Assembly (NCBI GenBank): GCA_947625135.1
Contig: CANQNE010000011.1
Location: forward strand, 370-64,369
From: an uncultured Lachnospiraceae bacterium
GTDB lineage: Bacteria; Bacillota; Clostridia; Lachnospirales; Lachnospiraceae
Length of the DNA stretch: 64,000 nucleotides
Direction of reading: 5' to 3'
The notes below the pieces were generated by a model that was not told the origin of the DNA, ran no database searches, and saw only the letters and a list, made by a program, of their open reading frames with translations. This document shows, one piece after another, positions 53,196 through 62,691 of this stretch (position 1 is its first letter; each line of letters opens with the position of its first letter). The position numbers were made by a program, and so were the translations under genes.

Positions 53196-54617
53196 ATGAA
53201 AGAAGCGATTTACAATTTGGCCTTTGATTTTGGCGCGTCCAGCGGGAGGATGATCCTCAGCAAATTCGAGGACGGCAAGATCGAATTGGAGGAACTGCAC
53301 CGGTTTGGCAACGAGCCCGTGCGCGTGGGCAATGTGTTTTACTGGGATACGTTCCGGTTGTTTCATGAACTGAAAAAGGGATTGAAGAAGGCAGCCGCCA
53401 AAAAGGTGCCGATCTCCGGCATGGCCATTGACACATGGGGCGTGGATTATGGGTTCATTGACAAGGACGGCAATCTCATCGGCAACCCCATCAACTACCG
53501 CGATGACCGTACCATCGGCATTATTGAGGAAGTGGGGAAAATCGTGCCGCTGGAGGAACTGTATGCTTCTACCGGAATCCAGTTCATGAATTTCAATACC
53601 ATTTTCCAGCTGTATGCAGACAAGAAGATGCGTCCCGAGATCTATGAGAAGGCGGACAAGTTTTTATTGATGCCGGATCTGTTCAATTATTTTCTGACAG
53701 GGAAAAAATACAGTGAGTATACCATCGCCAGCACGGGTCAGCTTCTGGACGCAAAGAAGCGCCAGTGGGACAAGGAGCTGATGGAGCGTGTGGGCCTGCG
53801 GACAGATTTGTGCTGCCAGCTGATCACGCCCGGCACCATAGTGGGAGAATTTTTGGAGGAAGTGGTAAAGGAAACAGGCCTGAAGGGGGTAAAGGTGATC
53901 GCCGCCGGCAGCCATGATACGGCGTCTGCAGTGGCGGGCACTCCTTTTGAAGAAAAAAACGCAGCCTTTTTAAGCTGCGGGACATGGTCTTTGCTTGGAC
54001 TGGAAACGGACGAGCCGGTGATCACCAGGGATTCCTTTACGTACAATTATACAAACGAAGGCGGTGTAGAAGGCAAGATCCGTCTGCTGAAGAATATCAA
54101 CGGGCTTTGGATCATGCAGAACCTGCGGCACAACTGGTGCGAGTTTGAGAGCGAGGTTTCTTTCCCGGATATCATCAAAGCGTCCAGAGAAGCGGAAAAT
54201 AAGTCCTTCTGCATAGATCCCAATGATCCCCGGTTTACGGCTCCTTATAATATGATGGAGGAAGTGATCGGCTATTGTCAGGAGCATGGACAGGGAACGC
54301 CAAAAGGGCTGGGAGAGATCGCCATGGCGATCTACAATGGTCTGGCAAGAGAATATCAGACTACCATAAAGAATCTGGAGATCATCGCCGGGGTCAAGAT
54401 CCCCTGCATCAATATGGTAGGCGGCGGAATTCAGGATCAGCTGCTTTGTGAACTGACTGCAAAGGCTACCGGCAAGAAGGTAGTGGCAGGGCCTGTAGAA
54501 GGCTCTGTGCTGGGCAATGTTGTGATGCAGTTAAAGACACTGGGGGCGATTTCTTCTCTGGAGGAAGGCCGGAAAGCCATCAAGGCATCGTTCGACCAGA
54601 AGGTATATCTGCCCTGA
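53196..54617 (+). CDS. rhaB: FGGY-family sugar kinase, rhamnulokinase-like
   Basis: 473 aa. FDFGASSGR, DTWGVDYG and GGGIQDQLLC resemble RhaB. Confidence 0.75.
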   Translation: MKEAIYNLAFDFGASSGRMILSKFEDGKIELEELHRFGNEPVRVGNVFYWDTFRLFHELKKGLKKAAAKKVPISGMAIDTWGVDYGFIDKDGNLIGNPINYRDDRTIGIIEEVGKIVPLEELYASTGIQFMNFNTIFQLYADKKMRPEIYEKADKFLLMPDLFNYFLTGKKYSEYTIASTGQLLDAKKRQWDKELMERVGLRTDLCCQLITPGTIVGEFLEEVVKETGLKGVKVIAAGSHDTASAVAGTPFEEKNAAFLSCGTWSLLGLETDEPVITRDSFTYNYTNEGGVEGKIRLLKNINGLWIMQNLRHNWCEFESEVSFPDIIKASREAENKSFCIDPNDPRFTAPYNMMEEVIGYCQEHGQGTPKGLGEIAMAIYNGLAREYQTTIKNLEIIAGVKIPCINMVGGGIQDQLLCELTAKATGKKVVAGPVEGSVLGNVVMQLKTLGAISSLEEGRKAIKASFDQKVYLP

Positions 54618-54672
54618 CAGATTTTAAAAATGGGAAAAACAGACAGTCAATTGTATAAAAGGAGTTAAATAT

Positions 54673-57609
54673 ATGGATATTTCAAGACTGCAGGAATATG
54701 AACTGCTGGAACACAGAAGAATCGAGGATGTGCATGCGGACGGTTATTACCTGAAGCACAAAAAGAGCGGGGCGCGGGTGGCGCTGCTGCTGAATGAGGA
54801 CGAAAACAAGGTGTTTACCATCGGATTCCGCACGCCGCCGGAGGACAGCACAGGACTTCCGCATATTCTGGAACATTCTGTTCTCTGCGGCTCAAAGCAT
54901 TTTCCTGCGAAGGATCCTTTTGTGGAGCTTGCCAAGGGTTCTCTCAACACTTTTTTGAACGCCATGACGTATCCCGACAAGACCATTTATCCGGTAGCAA
55001 GCTGCAATGACAAAGATTTTCAGAATCTGCTGCATGTGTATATGGACGCGGTGCTGCTCACCAACATTTATGACCGTGAGGAAATCTTCCGTCAGGAGGG
55101 ATGGCACTACGAGCTGGAATCCCCGGATGGAGAGCTGACTTACAACGGTGTGGTGTATAATGAAATGAAGGGGGCATTTTCTTCTCCGGAAGGAGTTCTG
55201 GAACGGGAAATCCTAACTTCTCTTTATCCAGACACGCCTTATGCACATGAGTCCGGCGGCGATCCGGAAATGATCCCTGAATTGAAATATTCTCAGTTTT
55301 TGAGTTTTCACAGCAAATATTATCATCCTTCCAACAGCTATATTTACCTGTATGGGGATCTGGACGGAGAAGAAAAGCTGCGCTGGCTGGATGAGGAATA
55401 CCTGTCCAAATATGACAAGATGGAGATTCCCTCACAGATTCCGCTTCAGAAGCCGTTTTCGGAGATGAAAACTGTGGTGAAGGAGTATTCCATCACAAAA
55501 GAGGAGCCGGAACGGGACAATACCTATCTGTCCTATAATAAGGCGGTTGGAGAGTCCTCGGATATGCGTCTTTGCGGCGCGTTTCAGGTGCTGGAATATG
55601 TACTGCTGTCTGCACCCGGGGCGCCGTTGAAGCAGGCCCTGCTGGATGCGGGTATCGGCAAGGATATTCTGGGTTCGTATGACAGCGGCATCCGTCAGCC
55701 CATGTTTTCCGTGATCGCCAAGAACGCCAATGAAGAGCAGAAGCAGGATTTTCTGGACACCATATCCCGGGTGCTGACCGAAGTGACAGAGAAGGGAATC
55801 GACAAAAGGGCGCTGGAGGCCGCCATCAATTATTATGAATTCCGCTACAGGGAAGCGGATTACGGCACGTATTCGGCCGGCCTCATGTACGGGATCGACA
55901 TGTTCAATACATGGCTGTATGACGACAGTATGCCTTTTGCGGCCATTGAGATGCTGGATGTATATGCTTTTCTGAAGGAACAGGTGGGCACGGACTATTA
56001 TGAGAAGCTGATCCGCACCTATCTGCTGGATAATCCCCACGGTTCCATAGTGATTATCCGGCCGAAACGGGGACTGACCGCAGAGGCGGATAAAAAGCTG
56101 CAGGAATCTCTGGCAGAGTACAAGGCATCTTTGAACAAACAGGAGATACAGGAACTGATCGATGCCACGAAAGCCTTGAAGGCATATCAACAGGAGCCTT
56201 CCACGAAGGAAGAGCTGGAGAGTATTCCACTCCTTACCAGAGAGGATTTGCGAAAGAAGATTATCCCTTTGGAAAATGAAACGCGCATGGCGGGGGAGGT
56301 TCCGGTGCTTGTCCACGAACTGTTCACCAACGGCATTGCCTACGGTCAGTTTTTATTTGATATGAAGCAGGTTCCCGAGGAACTTCTTGGCTACGCGGGT
56401 CTTTTGAAGTCCGTTCTGGGCTATGTAGATACAGAAAATTACACTTATGGAGAATTATTTAATGAGATCAACCGGAGTACCGGCGGGATTTCCTCTTCAC
56501 TGGATACCGTCTCAGATCTGTCCGGAGCGGAGCAGGACGGCGGCGCGCCGGGGTTCCACCTGTATTTCCGGATGAGCACAAAAGCGCTGTATGACAAGCA
56601 GGACGTGGTATTTTCCATGTTGGAGGAAATACTGAGGACATCAAAATTTGATGATACAAAACGGCTGTATGAGATCGTTTCCCAGCAGAGATCCTATATG
56701 CAGATGTATCTGCAAAGCTCCGGGCACGGCGCGGCATTAGGACGGGCTTCCTCTTATTTTTCTCCGGTTGCCTATGTGACGGATTGCACAAGCGGCGTGG
56801 CTTACTATGAGCTGCTGAAGGATCTGGAGGAGCATTTTGAGGAGAAAAAGGACTGCCTGACGGAAAATTTAAGGACGCTGATGAATCTGATTTTCCGTAA
56901 AGAAAATCTGATGGCGGACTATACGGGAGAGTCGGAAGGCTATCAGCGGTTTGCACAGGGAACCAGCCAGCTGGCACAGCATTTGTATACGGCTCCTGTT
57001 GGAAAAACAGAACCCTTTGTTTTTGTGCCTTCCAGAAGAAACGAGGGCCTTCGCACTGCGTCAAAGGTGCAGTATGTGGCTGTGGCCGGCAACTTTAAAA
57101 ATAAAGGGCTTCCCTACACCGGGGCACTGCGGGTGCTGCGGGTGCTGATGAGCTATGAGTATCTCTGGACCCAGCTGCGTGTAGTGGGCGGCGCATACGG
57201 ATGTATGAACAATTACGGCAAAAATGGAGATTGTTATCTGGTGTCCTACCGGGATCCTAATCTGGCCCGGACGCTGCAGGTATACAAAGATACGCCGGCA
57301 TATCTGGAAAAATTTCAGGCAGATGAGCGGGAGATGACAAAATATATCATCGGCACCCTCAGCGATATGGACGCACCCCTGACGCCGGCGCTGAAAGGAA
57401 AGCGGGATATGGTCTGCTATCTGTCAGGACAGACGGAGGAAAGTCTTCAGAAGGAGCGGGATCAGGTGCTGCAGGCAACGCCGGAGGTCATTCGAGGCCT
57501 TGCCAGGTGGGTGCAGGCGGTGCTGGACGATGCCTGCCTCTGCGTGATCGGAAGCGAGGAGGAGATCGACAGCCAGTCAACGCTGTTCGGGGAGATCAGA
57601 ACTCTTTAA
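54673..57609 (+). CDS. M16-family (insulinase/PreP-like) zinc metallopeptidase
   Basis: 978 aa with the inverted zinc motif HILEHSVLCGS (HxxEH). Confidence 0.88.
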   Translation: MDISRLQEYELLEHRRIEDVHADGYYLKHKKSGARVALLLNEDENKVFTIGFRTPPEDSTGLPHILEHSVLCGSKHFPAKDPFVELAKGSLNTFLNAMTYPDKTIYPVASCNDKDFQNLLHVYMDAVLLTNIYDREEIFRQEGWHYELESPDGELTYNGVVYNEMKGAFSSPEGVLEREILTSLYPDTPYAHESGGDPEMIPELKYSQFLSFHSKYYHPSNSYIYLYGDLDGEEKLRWLDEEYLSKYDKMEIPSQIPLQKPFSEMKTVVKEYSITKEEPERDNTYLSYNKAVGESSDMRLCGAFQVLEYVLLSAPGAPLKQALLDAGIGKDILGSYDSGIRQPMFSVIAKNANEEQKQDFLDTISRVLTEVTEKGIDKRALEAAINYYEFRYREADYGTYSAGLMYGIDMFNTWLYDDSMPFAAIEMLDVYAFLKEQVGTDYYEKLIRTYLLDNPHGSIVIIRPKRGLTAEADKKLQESLAEYKASLNKQEIQELIDATKALKAYQQEPSTKEELESIPLLTREDLRKKIIPLENETRMAGEVPVLVHELFTNGIAYGQFLFDMKQVPEELLGYAGLLKSVLGYVDTENYTYGELFNEINRSTGGISSSLDTVSDLSGAEQDGGAPGFHLYFRMSTKALYDKQDVVFSMLEEILRTSKFDDTKRLYEIVSQQRSYMQMYLQSSGHGAALGRASSYFSPVAYVTDCTSGVAYYELLKDLEEHFEEKKDCLTENLRTLMNLIFRKENLMADYTGESEGYQRFAQGTSQLAQHLYTAPVGKTEPFVFVPSRRNEGLRTASKVQYVAVAGNFKNKGLPYTGALRVLRVLMSYEYLWTQLRVVGGAYGCMNNYGKNGDCYLVSYRDPNLARTLQVYKDTPAYLEKFQADEREMTKYIIGTLSDMDAPLTPALKGKRDMVCYLSGQTEESLQKERDQVLQATPEVIRGLARWVQAVLDDACLCVIGSEEEIDSQSTLFGEIRTL

Positions 57610-57627
57610 AGGAATGAAAGGAAAGAG

Positions 57628-58530
57628 ATGGACGAAGCATACAGATCCGGTTTTGTCACCTTGATCGGGCGGCCGAATGTGGGAAAATCCACACTGATGA
57701 ATCATATAATCGGGCAGAAGATCGCCATTACCTCTAAAAAGCCACAGACTACCAGAAACCGTATTCAGACGGTGTATTCCTGTGAGCAGGGACAGATCGT
57801 ATTTCTGGATACGCCGGGGATTCACAAGGCAAAAAACAAGCTGGGTGAATATATGGTGAGAACCGCCAAAAGAACCCTGCAGGAAGTGGATGTGATCCTG
57901 TGGCTGGTGGAGGCCACCACCTTTATCGGCGCGGGAGAACGGCAGATCGCAAAGGATCTGGAACAGATTAATACGCCGGTGATTCTGGTGATCAACAAGA
58001 CGGATACGGTAAAAAGGGAAGAGGTGGCTGCCTCCATACAGGCGTACAGTGATCTTCGGGATTTTGACGAAATTGTACCGGTTTCGGCACTAAAAGGCGA
58101 TAATACGGATGATCTGATTCACACTATTTTTCAATATTTGCCGTATGGGCCCCAGTTTTATGATGAAGATACGATTACCGATCAGCCGGAGCGGCAGATC
58201 GTGGCAGAACTGATCCGGGAGAAATCTCTCCATGCGCTGGATGAGGAGATTCCCCACGGCATTGCCGTATCGATTGACCGAATGAAGCAGCGGAGCGGAA
58301 AGAACATGTATGATATTGACGCCACCATCGTATGCGAACGGGAATCCCACAAGCGCATCATCATTGGAAAGGGCGGAAGTATGCTGAAGAAGATCGGCAC
58401 CAACGCCCGCTTTGAGATTGAGCGGCTTTTGGATGCCAAAGTCAATCTGAAGCTCTGGGTGAAGGTGAGGAAGGATTGGCGTGACAGTGATCTTATGTTG
58501 AAAAATTACGGATATCGTGAAGACCTCTAG
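57628..58530 (+). CDS. era: GTPase Era
   Basis: 300 aa. G1 GRPNVGKST, DTPG, NKTD and a C-terminal KH domain. Confidence 0.92.
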   Translation: MDEAYRSGFVTLIGRPNVGKSTLMNHIIGQKIAITSKKPQTTRNRIQTVYSCEQGQIVFLDTPGIHKAKNKLGEYMVRTAKRTLQEVDVILWLVEATTFIGAGERQIAKDLEQINTPVILVINKTDTVKREEVAASIQAYSDLRDFDEIVPVSALKGDNTDDLIHTIFQYLPYGPQFYDEDTITDQPERQIVAELIREKSLHALDEEIPHGIAVSIDRMKQRSGKNMYDIDATIVCERESHKRIIIGKGGSMLKKIGTNARFEIERLLDAKVNLKLWVKVRKDWRDSDLMLKNYGYREDL

Positions 58531-58621
58531 CGGGAATTGCTGGCAGATCGGAAACAGTCGTATAAGACAATGAAAAAGTGCAGACCCTAGAATATACGAA
58601 TTGATAAAAGGGGATGTACAC

Positions 58622-58792
58622 ATGAATCAAAAATGGGAACATTTTGTAAAAACGGGAACGGTAGCGGCGTATCTGTCCTATAAAGCGTCAGCCGGGGACG
58701 ACAGCGCGCATGACCGTTCAGGAGAAAATTGTCATGGGAAAACTGACAGTGACAGGTATGGTGATGTCGGCGGCGCCTATCGGGGAATATGA
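58622..58792 (+). CDS. YqzL-like small protein
   Basis: MNQKWEHFVKTGTVAAYLSYK resembles the YqzL N-terminal signature. It lies between era and recO, as in Bacillus. Its 3' end overlaps recO. Confidence 0.5.
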   Translation: MNQKWEHFVKTGTVAAYLSYKASAGDDSAHDRSGENCHGKTDSDRYGDVGGAYRGI

Positions 58793-59423
58793 CCGGCGGG
58801 TGGTGATCCTCACAAGGGAGCGGGGAAAGATATCCGCTTTTGCAAGAGGGGCGCGCAGGGCAAACAGCCCGCTGCTTGCAGGCACCAATCCCTTTGCCTT
58901 TGGACAATTTGAATTGTTTGAGGGGAGAGATTCCTACACGGTTGCACAGCTTCATATCCAGAATTATTTCAGAGAACTGACGGAGGACGTGGAGGCTGCT
59001 TATTATGGATTCTATTTTGTGGAGATAGGGGATTATTACGGAAGAGAATACACAGATGAGCGGGCGATGCTTGCGCTGATCTACCAGTCGCTCCGGGCCC
59101 TTGCAAAAGGGACGATCCCCTATCCGCTGATCCGCAGGATATTTGAGGTGCGGGCCATGGCGGCCAACGGGGAGTTTCCTGACGTACATACATTAGGTGC
59201 AGAAGGAGATGTGCTGTATACGCTGCAATTTATTTTAACCACGCCCATTCAAAGGCTGTATACATTCCGGGTCAGCGAGCAGGTATACAGGCAGCTGGCG
59301 GAGCTTGTGGACGCCCACCTTCTGAAGGTTATGGACCGGAAGTTCAAATCACTGGAGATTATCCGGGGACTGCCGCAAAATAACGATATCATGGGAACAT
59401 TTCCAAAACCTGAAAAGCAGTGA
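58734..59423 (+). CDS. recO: DNA repair protein RecO
   Basis: ATG at 58734, 8 nt after AGGAGA; the ORF-track start at 58710 is also possible. N-terminal OB-fold region LTVTGMVMSAAPIGEYDRRVVILTRERGKISAFARGA. Confidence 0.85.
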   Translation: MGKLTVTGMVMSAAPIGEYDRRVVILTRERGKISAFARGARRANSPLLAGTNPFAFGQFELFEGRDSYTVAQLHIQNYFRELTEDVEAAYYGFYFVEIGDYYGREYTDERAMLALIYQSLRALAKGTIPYPLIRRIFEVRAMAANGEFPDVHTLGAEGDVLYTLQFILTTPIQRLYTFRVSEQVYRQLAELVDAHLLKVMDRKFKSLEIIRGLPQNNDIMGTFPKPEKQ

Positions 59424-59445
59424 TGCGGCCCTTCGGCGGAACTGT

Positions 59446-59910
59446 CTAAAGATGATACTGGCGTCTGATATGGGAAAATAAAGCGGTACATCCCTCTAGA
59501 ATATCCTCATAAGTAAGGTCAAAATTGCCGGTATACCAAGGATCTGCAATGTCTCTGGGACGATCTGAAAAGTCCAGAAGGCGGCAGATCTTTTTTTGCG
59601 GGTCACCGCCCAGCATACGCAGCATGTTGCGGATATTGGCGCTGTCCATGCCCAGAAGATAATCATATTTTGCGTAATCGTCCCGCCGGATCTGCACGGC
59701 ATACTTGCCGGCGGTCGAGATATTGAACTGCCGCAGTTTATTTCTGGTACCGTAATGGACGCCGTTGCCGATCTCCTCGGTGCTTGTGGCAGCAGAGGCG
59801 ATCAGGAACTGTTTTTCCAGTCCGGCCTTTTTAACAATATCCTTCATCACGAATTCTGCCATGGGCGAGCGGCAGATATTTCCATGGCAGACGAAAAGTA
59901 TTTTAATCAT
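59446..59910 (-). CDS. Low-molecular-weight protein tyrosine phosphatase
   Basis: Start moved to the ATG at 59910 (MIKILFVCHGNICRSPMAE). C-X5-R P-loop and a DPW loop. Confidence 0.88.
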   Translation of the reverse strand: MIKILFVCHGNICRSPMAEFVMKDIVKKAGLEKQFLIASAATSTEEIGNGVHYGTRNKLRQFNISTAGKYAVQIRRDDYAKYDYLLGMDSANIRNMLRMLGGDPQKKICRLLDFSDRPRDIADPWYTGNFDLTYEDILEGCTALFSHIRRQYHL

Positions 59911-59976
59911 TGTGCGTAGTTTTCCTTTCATGAGACTGTTTTTAATAATCGATTTTAAAGTAATCCAAGTCATCCA

Positions 59977-61230
59977 TCAATGATCCAGACTGTTTTCGTT
60001 CAACAAAAAATCAAAAATACTCATAATCAACACGCCATCTTCATTGTAATATGAAGCCGGTGCGTCTTTCGTTATGATAATCTTTTTAAAAAAATCACCT
60101 GTCAACATCAGGGAACGCTGTTCCTGCTGCATTTTTGCCTGATCTGGGATTGCATAGGCAGACTGGATATAATAACGTTTAGATCCCTTGTTGCAGACAA
60201 AATCAATTTCCAGTTGTCTTCGGATCCCATGTCCTTTTTCATTGGTTTTATTCAGGGTGATAACCCCAACGTCAACATTGAATCCACGCATTTTCAGTTC
60301 ATTAAATATGATATTTTCCATCGTATGCGATTCTTCCAGCTGTCGAAAATTCAGGCGCGCGTTTCGCAATCCGAGATCGGTGAAATAATATTTGACCGGC
60401 GTATCAATATACTTCTTTCCCTTAATATCATAACGCAGAGCGCTGTCAACCAGAAAAGAATCGCAAAAATAATCAATATACCTTTTGATGGTTGCATTAC
60501 TGATTGTTTTTTTCTTAACTGTTTTAAAAGTTAACGATAGTTTTGACGGGTTTGTAAGCGAACCGATAGCAGATGAGAGAATATTCAGAAGCGCCTCCAG
60601 TTCTGCCCGATTGCGCACACTGTGTCTGTTTACAATATCTGAAATATAGGTTTCCTCAAATAGCAGCTTGAGAAAATGAATCTTTTCTTCCGGATCTGAA
60701 ATATTCATAATAGGAGGCAGGCCGCCATAAAGCATGTACGCGTTCCATCCATCTTGTTTCGTTCCCGGATAGATGGACATAAATTCTGCAAAACTGAGCG
60801 GAGATATATGAACTTCATCACCACGACCACGAAATTCTGTTATCACATCCTTAGAAAGAAAGCGTGCATTGCTTCCCGTCACATACACATCCACGTTTTT
60901 CATGCGGATCAGGCTGTTCAGTACAGATTCAAATTCACCCAGAAGCTGCACTTCATCCAACAATATATAGTAAATGCCGTCATCTTTGATCCGTTCTTTC
61001 AGATATGGATACAGGACATCCGGATTGCGAAAACGTTTATTCTCGAAGGAATCAAACGCAATCTCAATTATGTGCTGTTTATCCGTTCCTTCCGCTAACA
61101 AATGATCCTTAAATAGATTAAAGATCAGGTAGGATTTTCCACAGCGTCGGATGCCGGTCACTACCTTGATCAGTCCATTCAGTTTCTTACTGATCAGCTT
61201 ATTCAAATACATGTCTCTCTTGATTACCAT
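59977..61230 (-). CDS. AAA+ ATPase (AAA_14/DUF4143-type ATP-binding protein)
   Basis: ATG at 61230 after AAGGTG. Walker A TGIRRCGKSYL and Walker B YYILLDEVQ. The gene is markedly AT-rich compared with its neighbours. Confidence 0.75.
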   Translation of the reverse strand: MVIKRDMYLNKLISKKLNGLIKVVTGIRRCGKSYLIFNLFKDHLLAEGTDKQHIIEIAFDSFENKRFRNPDVLYPYLKERIKDDGIYYILLDEVQLLGEFESVLNSLIRMKNVDVYVTGSNARFLSKDVITEFRGRGDEVHISPLSFAEFMSIYPGTKQDGWNAYMLYGGLPPIMNISDPEEKIHFLKLLFEETYISDIVNRHSVRNRAELEALLNILSSAIGSLTNPSKLSLTFKTVKKKTISNATIKRYIDYFCDSFLVDSALRYDIKGKKYIDTPVKYYFTDLGLRNARLNFRQLEESHTMENIIFNELKMRGFNVDVGVITLNKTNEKGHGIRRQLEIDFVCNKGSKRYYIQSAYAIPDQAKMQQEQRSLMLTGDFFKKIIITKDAPASYYNEDGVLIMSIFDFLLNENSLDH

Positions 61231-61479
61231 ATTACACACCTTTTCCTATTGAAAGTTTTTGCGAATTATAGTAAAGTTTTTCAATAGAATTATACCCGAT
61301 CATTGTTGGTTTTACAACCAATATTTAAAGTTTTTGCGAGTTATCGCATTTTTACAACATAAACTTGATCGGAAAGACGACATAAGGCATGGTTACTGTC
61401 TATATAGAAACTGATTTCAGACTTTTTTCCGTCCCCTTATCTGGAATATGATGTTAAAATTTAAGAGCAGGTGATAAAA

Positions 61480-62592
61480 ATGCCCCTTCAAATAATCCGT
61501 AATGATATCACAAAATTAAAGTGCGACGTCATCGTCAATGCTGCCAACTCCTCTCTTCTTGGAGGAGGTGGCGTCGATGGCGCAATTCATAAAGCTGCCG
61601 GAAAGGGTTTGCTTTTGGAATGTATGAAGCTGGGAGGCTGTAAGACCGGCCAGGCAAAAATCACAGGAGGACATAAGCTCCCATGCAAATACATTATACA
61701 TACTGTGGGACCAAAATGGAAGGGCGGCCAAAAAGGGGAACGCGAGCTATTAGAAAGCTGTTACAGGGAATCCTTATTCCTTGCGCTGGAATATGACTGT
61801 GAATCCATTGCGTTTCCGCTGATATCTTCTGGAATTTACGGGTACCCGAAGGATCAGGCGCTCAAGGTGGCGGTAGATTGTATCACAGCGTTTTTGCTCG
61901 AGCATGATATGAAGGTTTATCTTGTCGTGTTTGACAAATCTTCCTTTCAGATCAGTGAAAAACTTTTTGATGATATCGCCTCTTTTATTGATGATAAGTA
62001 TGTCGATACCCATTTCATGTTTCAGCGAACCCGGCAGAGTATGCAGGGCGAGAGTACCGTTATTGGAACAACAGCAATTCTTCCTCCGCCGGGATCAGTT
62101 CATAAGGATTCTCAAAGGGATCCTGTACGGGAGAAAAGCGATGAATCTGCCATGCCTGAAATTGCTTACAAGGAGAACGCAGCGCTTTCACTGGAGGATA
62201 TGCTGGAACAGGAGGACGCAGCGCTTTCACTGGAGGATATGCTGAAACAGGAGGACGAGAGTTTTTCACAGGCGCTGCTGCGGAAGATTGATGAAAAGGG
62301 CATGACGGACAGCGAGTGTTATAAAAAAGCAAATGTGGACCGCAAGCTGTTTTCCAAGATCCGCAGTGACGTCCACTATCATCCCAGCAAAACCACGGCG
62401 CTTGCTTTTGCCATTGCACTGGAGCTGAGCCTGGACGAGACGAAGGATCTGTTACTCAAAGCCGGATTCGCGCTTTCCCACAGCAGTAAATTTGACATTA
62501 TCATTGAGTATTTTATTGCAAACGGCAATTACAATGTGTTTGAGATCAATGAGGCATTGTTCGCTTTTGACCAGATATTGCTGGGCGTTTGA
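61480..62592 (+). CDS. Macro-domain protein fused to a C-terminal HTH-like domain
   Basis: MacroD-type N-terminus DVIVNAANSSLLGGGGVDGAIHKAAG...IIHTVGP. Acidic linker with a 13-aa duplication. C-terminal helical domain MTDSECYKKANVDRKLFSKIRS. Confidence 0.8.
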   Translation: MPLQIIRNDITKLKCDVIVNAANSSLLGGGGVDGAIHKAAGKGLLLECMKLGGCKTGQAKITGGHKLPCKYIIHTVGPKWKGGQKGERELLESCYRESLFLALEYDCESIAFPLISSGIYGYPKDQALKVAVDCITAFLLEHDMKVYLVVFDKSSFQISEKLFDDIASFIDDKYVDTHFMFQRTRQSMQGESTVIGTTAILPPPGSVHKDSQRDPVREKSDESAMPEIAYKENAALSLEDMLEQEDAALSLEDMLKQEDESFSQALLRKIDEKGMTDSECYKKANVDRKLFSKIRSDVHYHPSKTTALAFAIALELSLDETKDLLLKAGFALSHSSKFDIIIEYFIANGNYNVFEINEALFAFDQILLGV

Positions 62593-62691
62593 TTTGTCGC
62601 ATTTCATGCGACCATTCCTTTCGATAAAAACAGCATAATGATTTTACAGGACGCAATAAAGCGGCCAAATATTTTATCGGAGGGATTTTTA

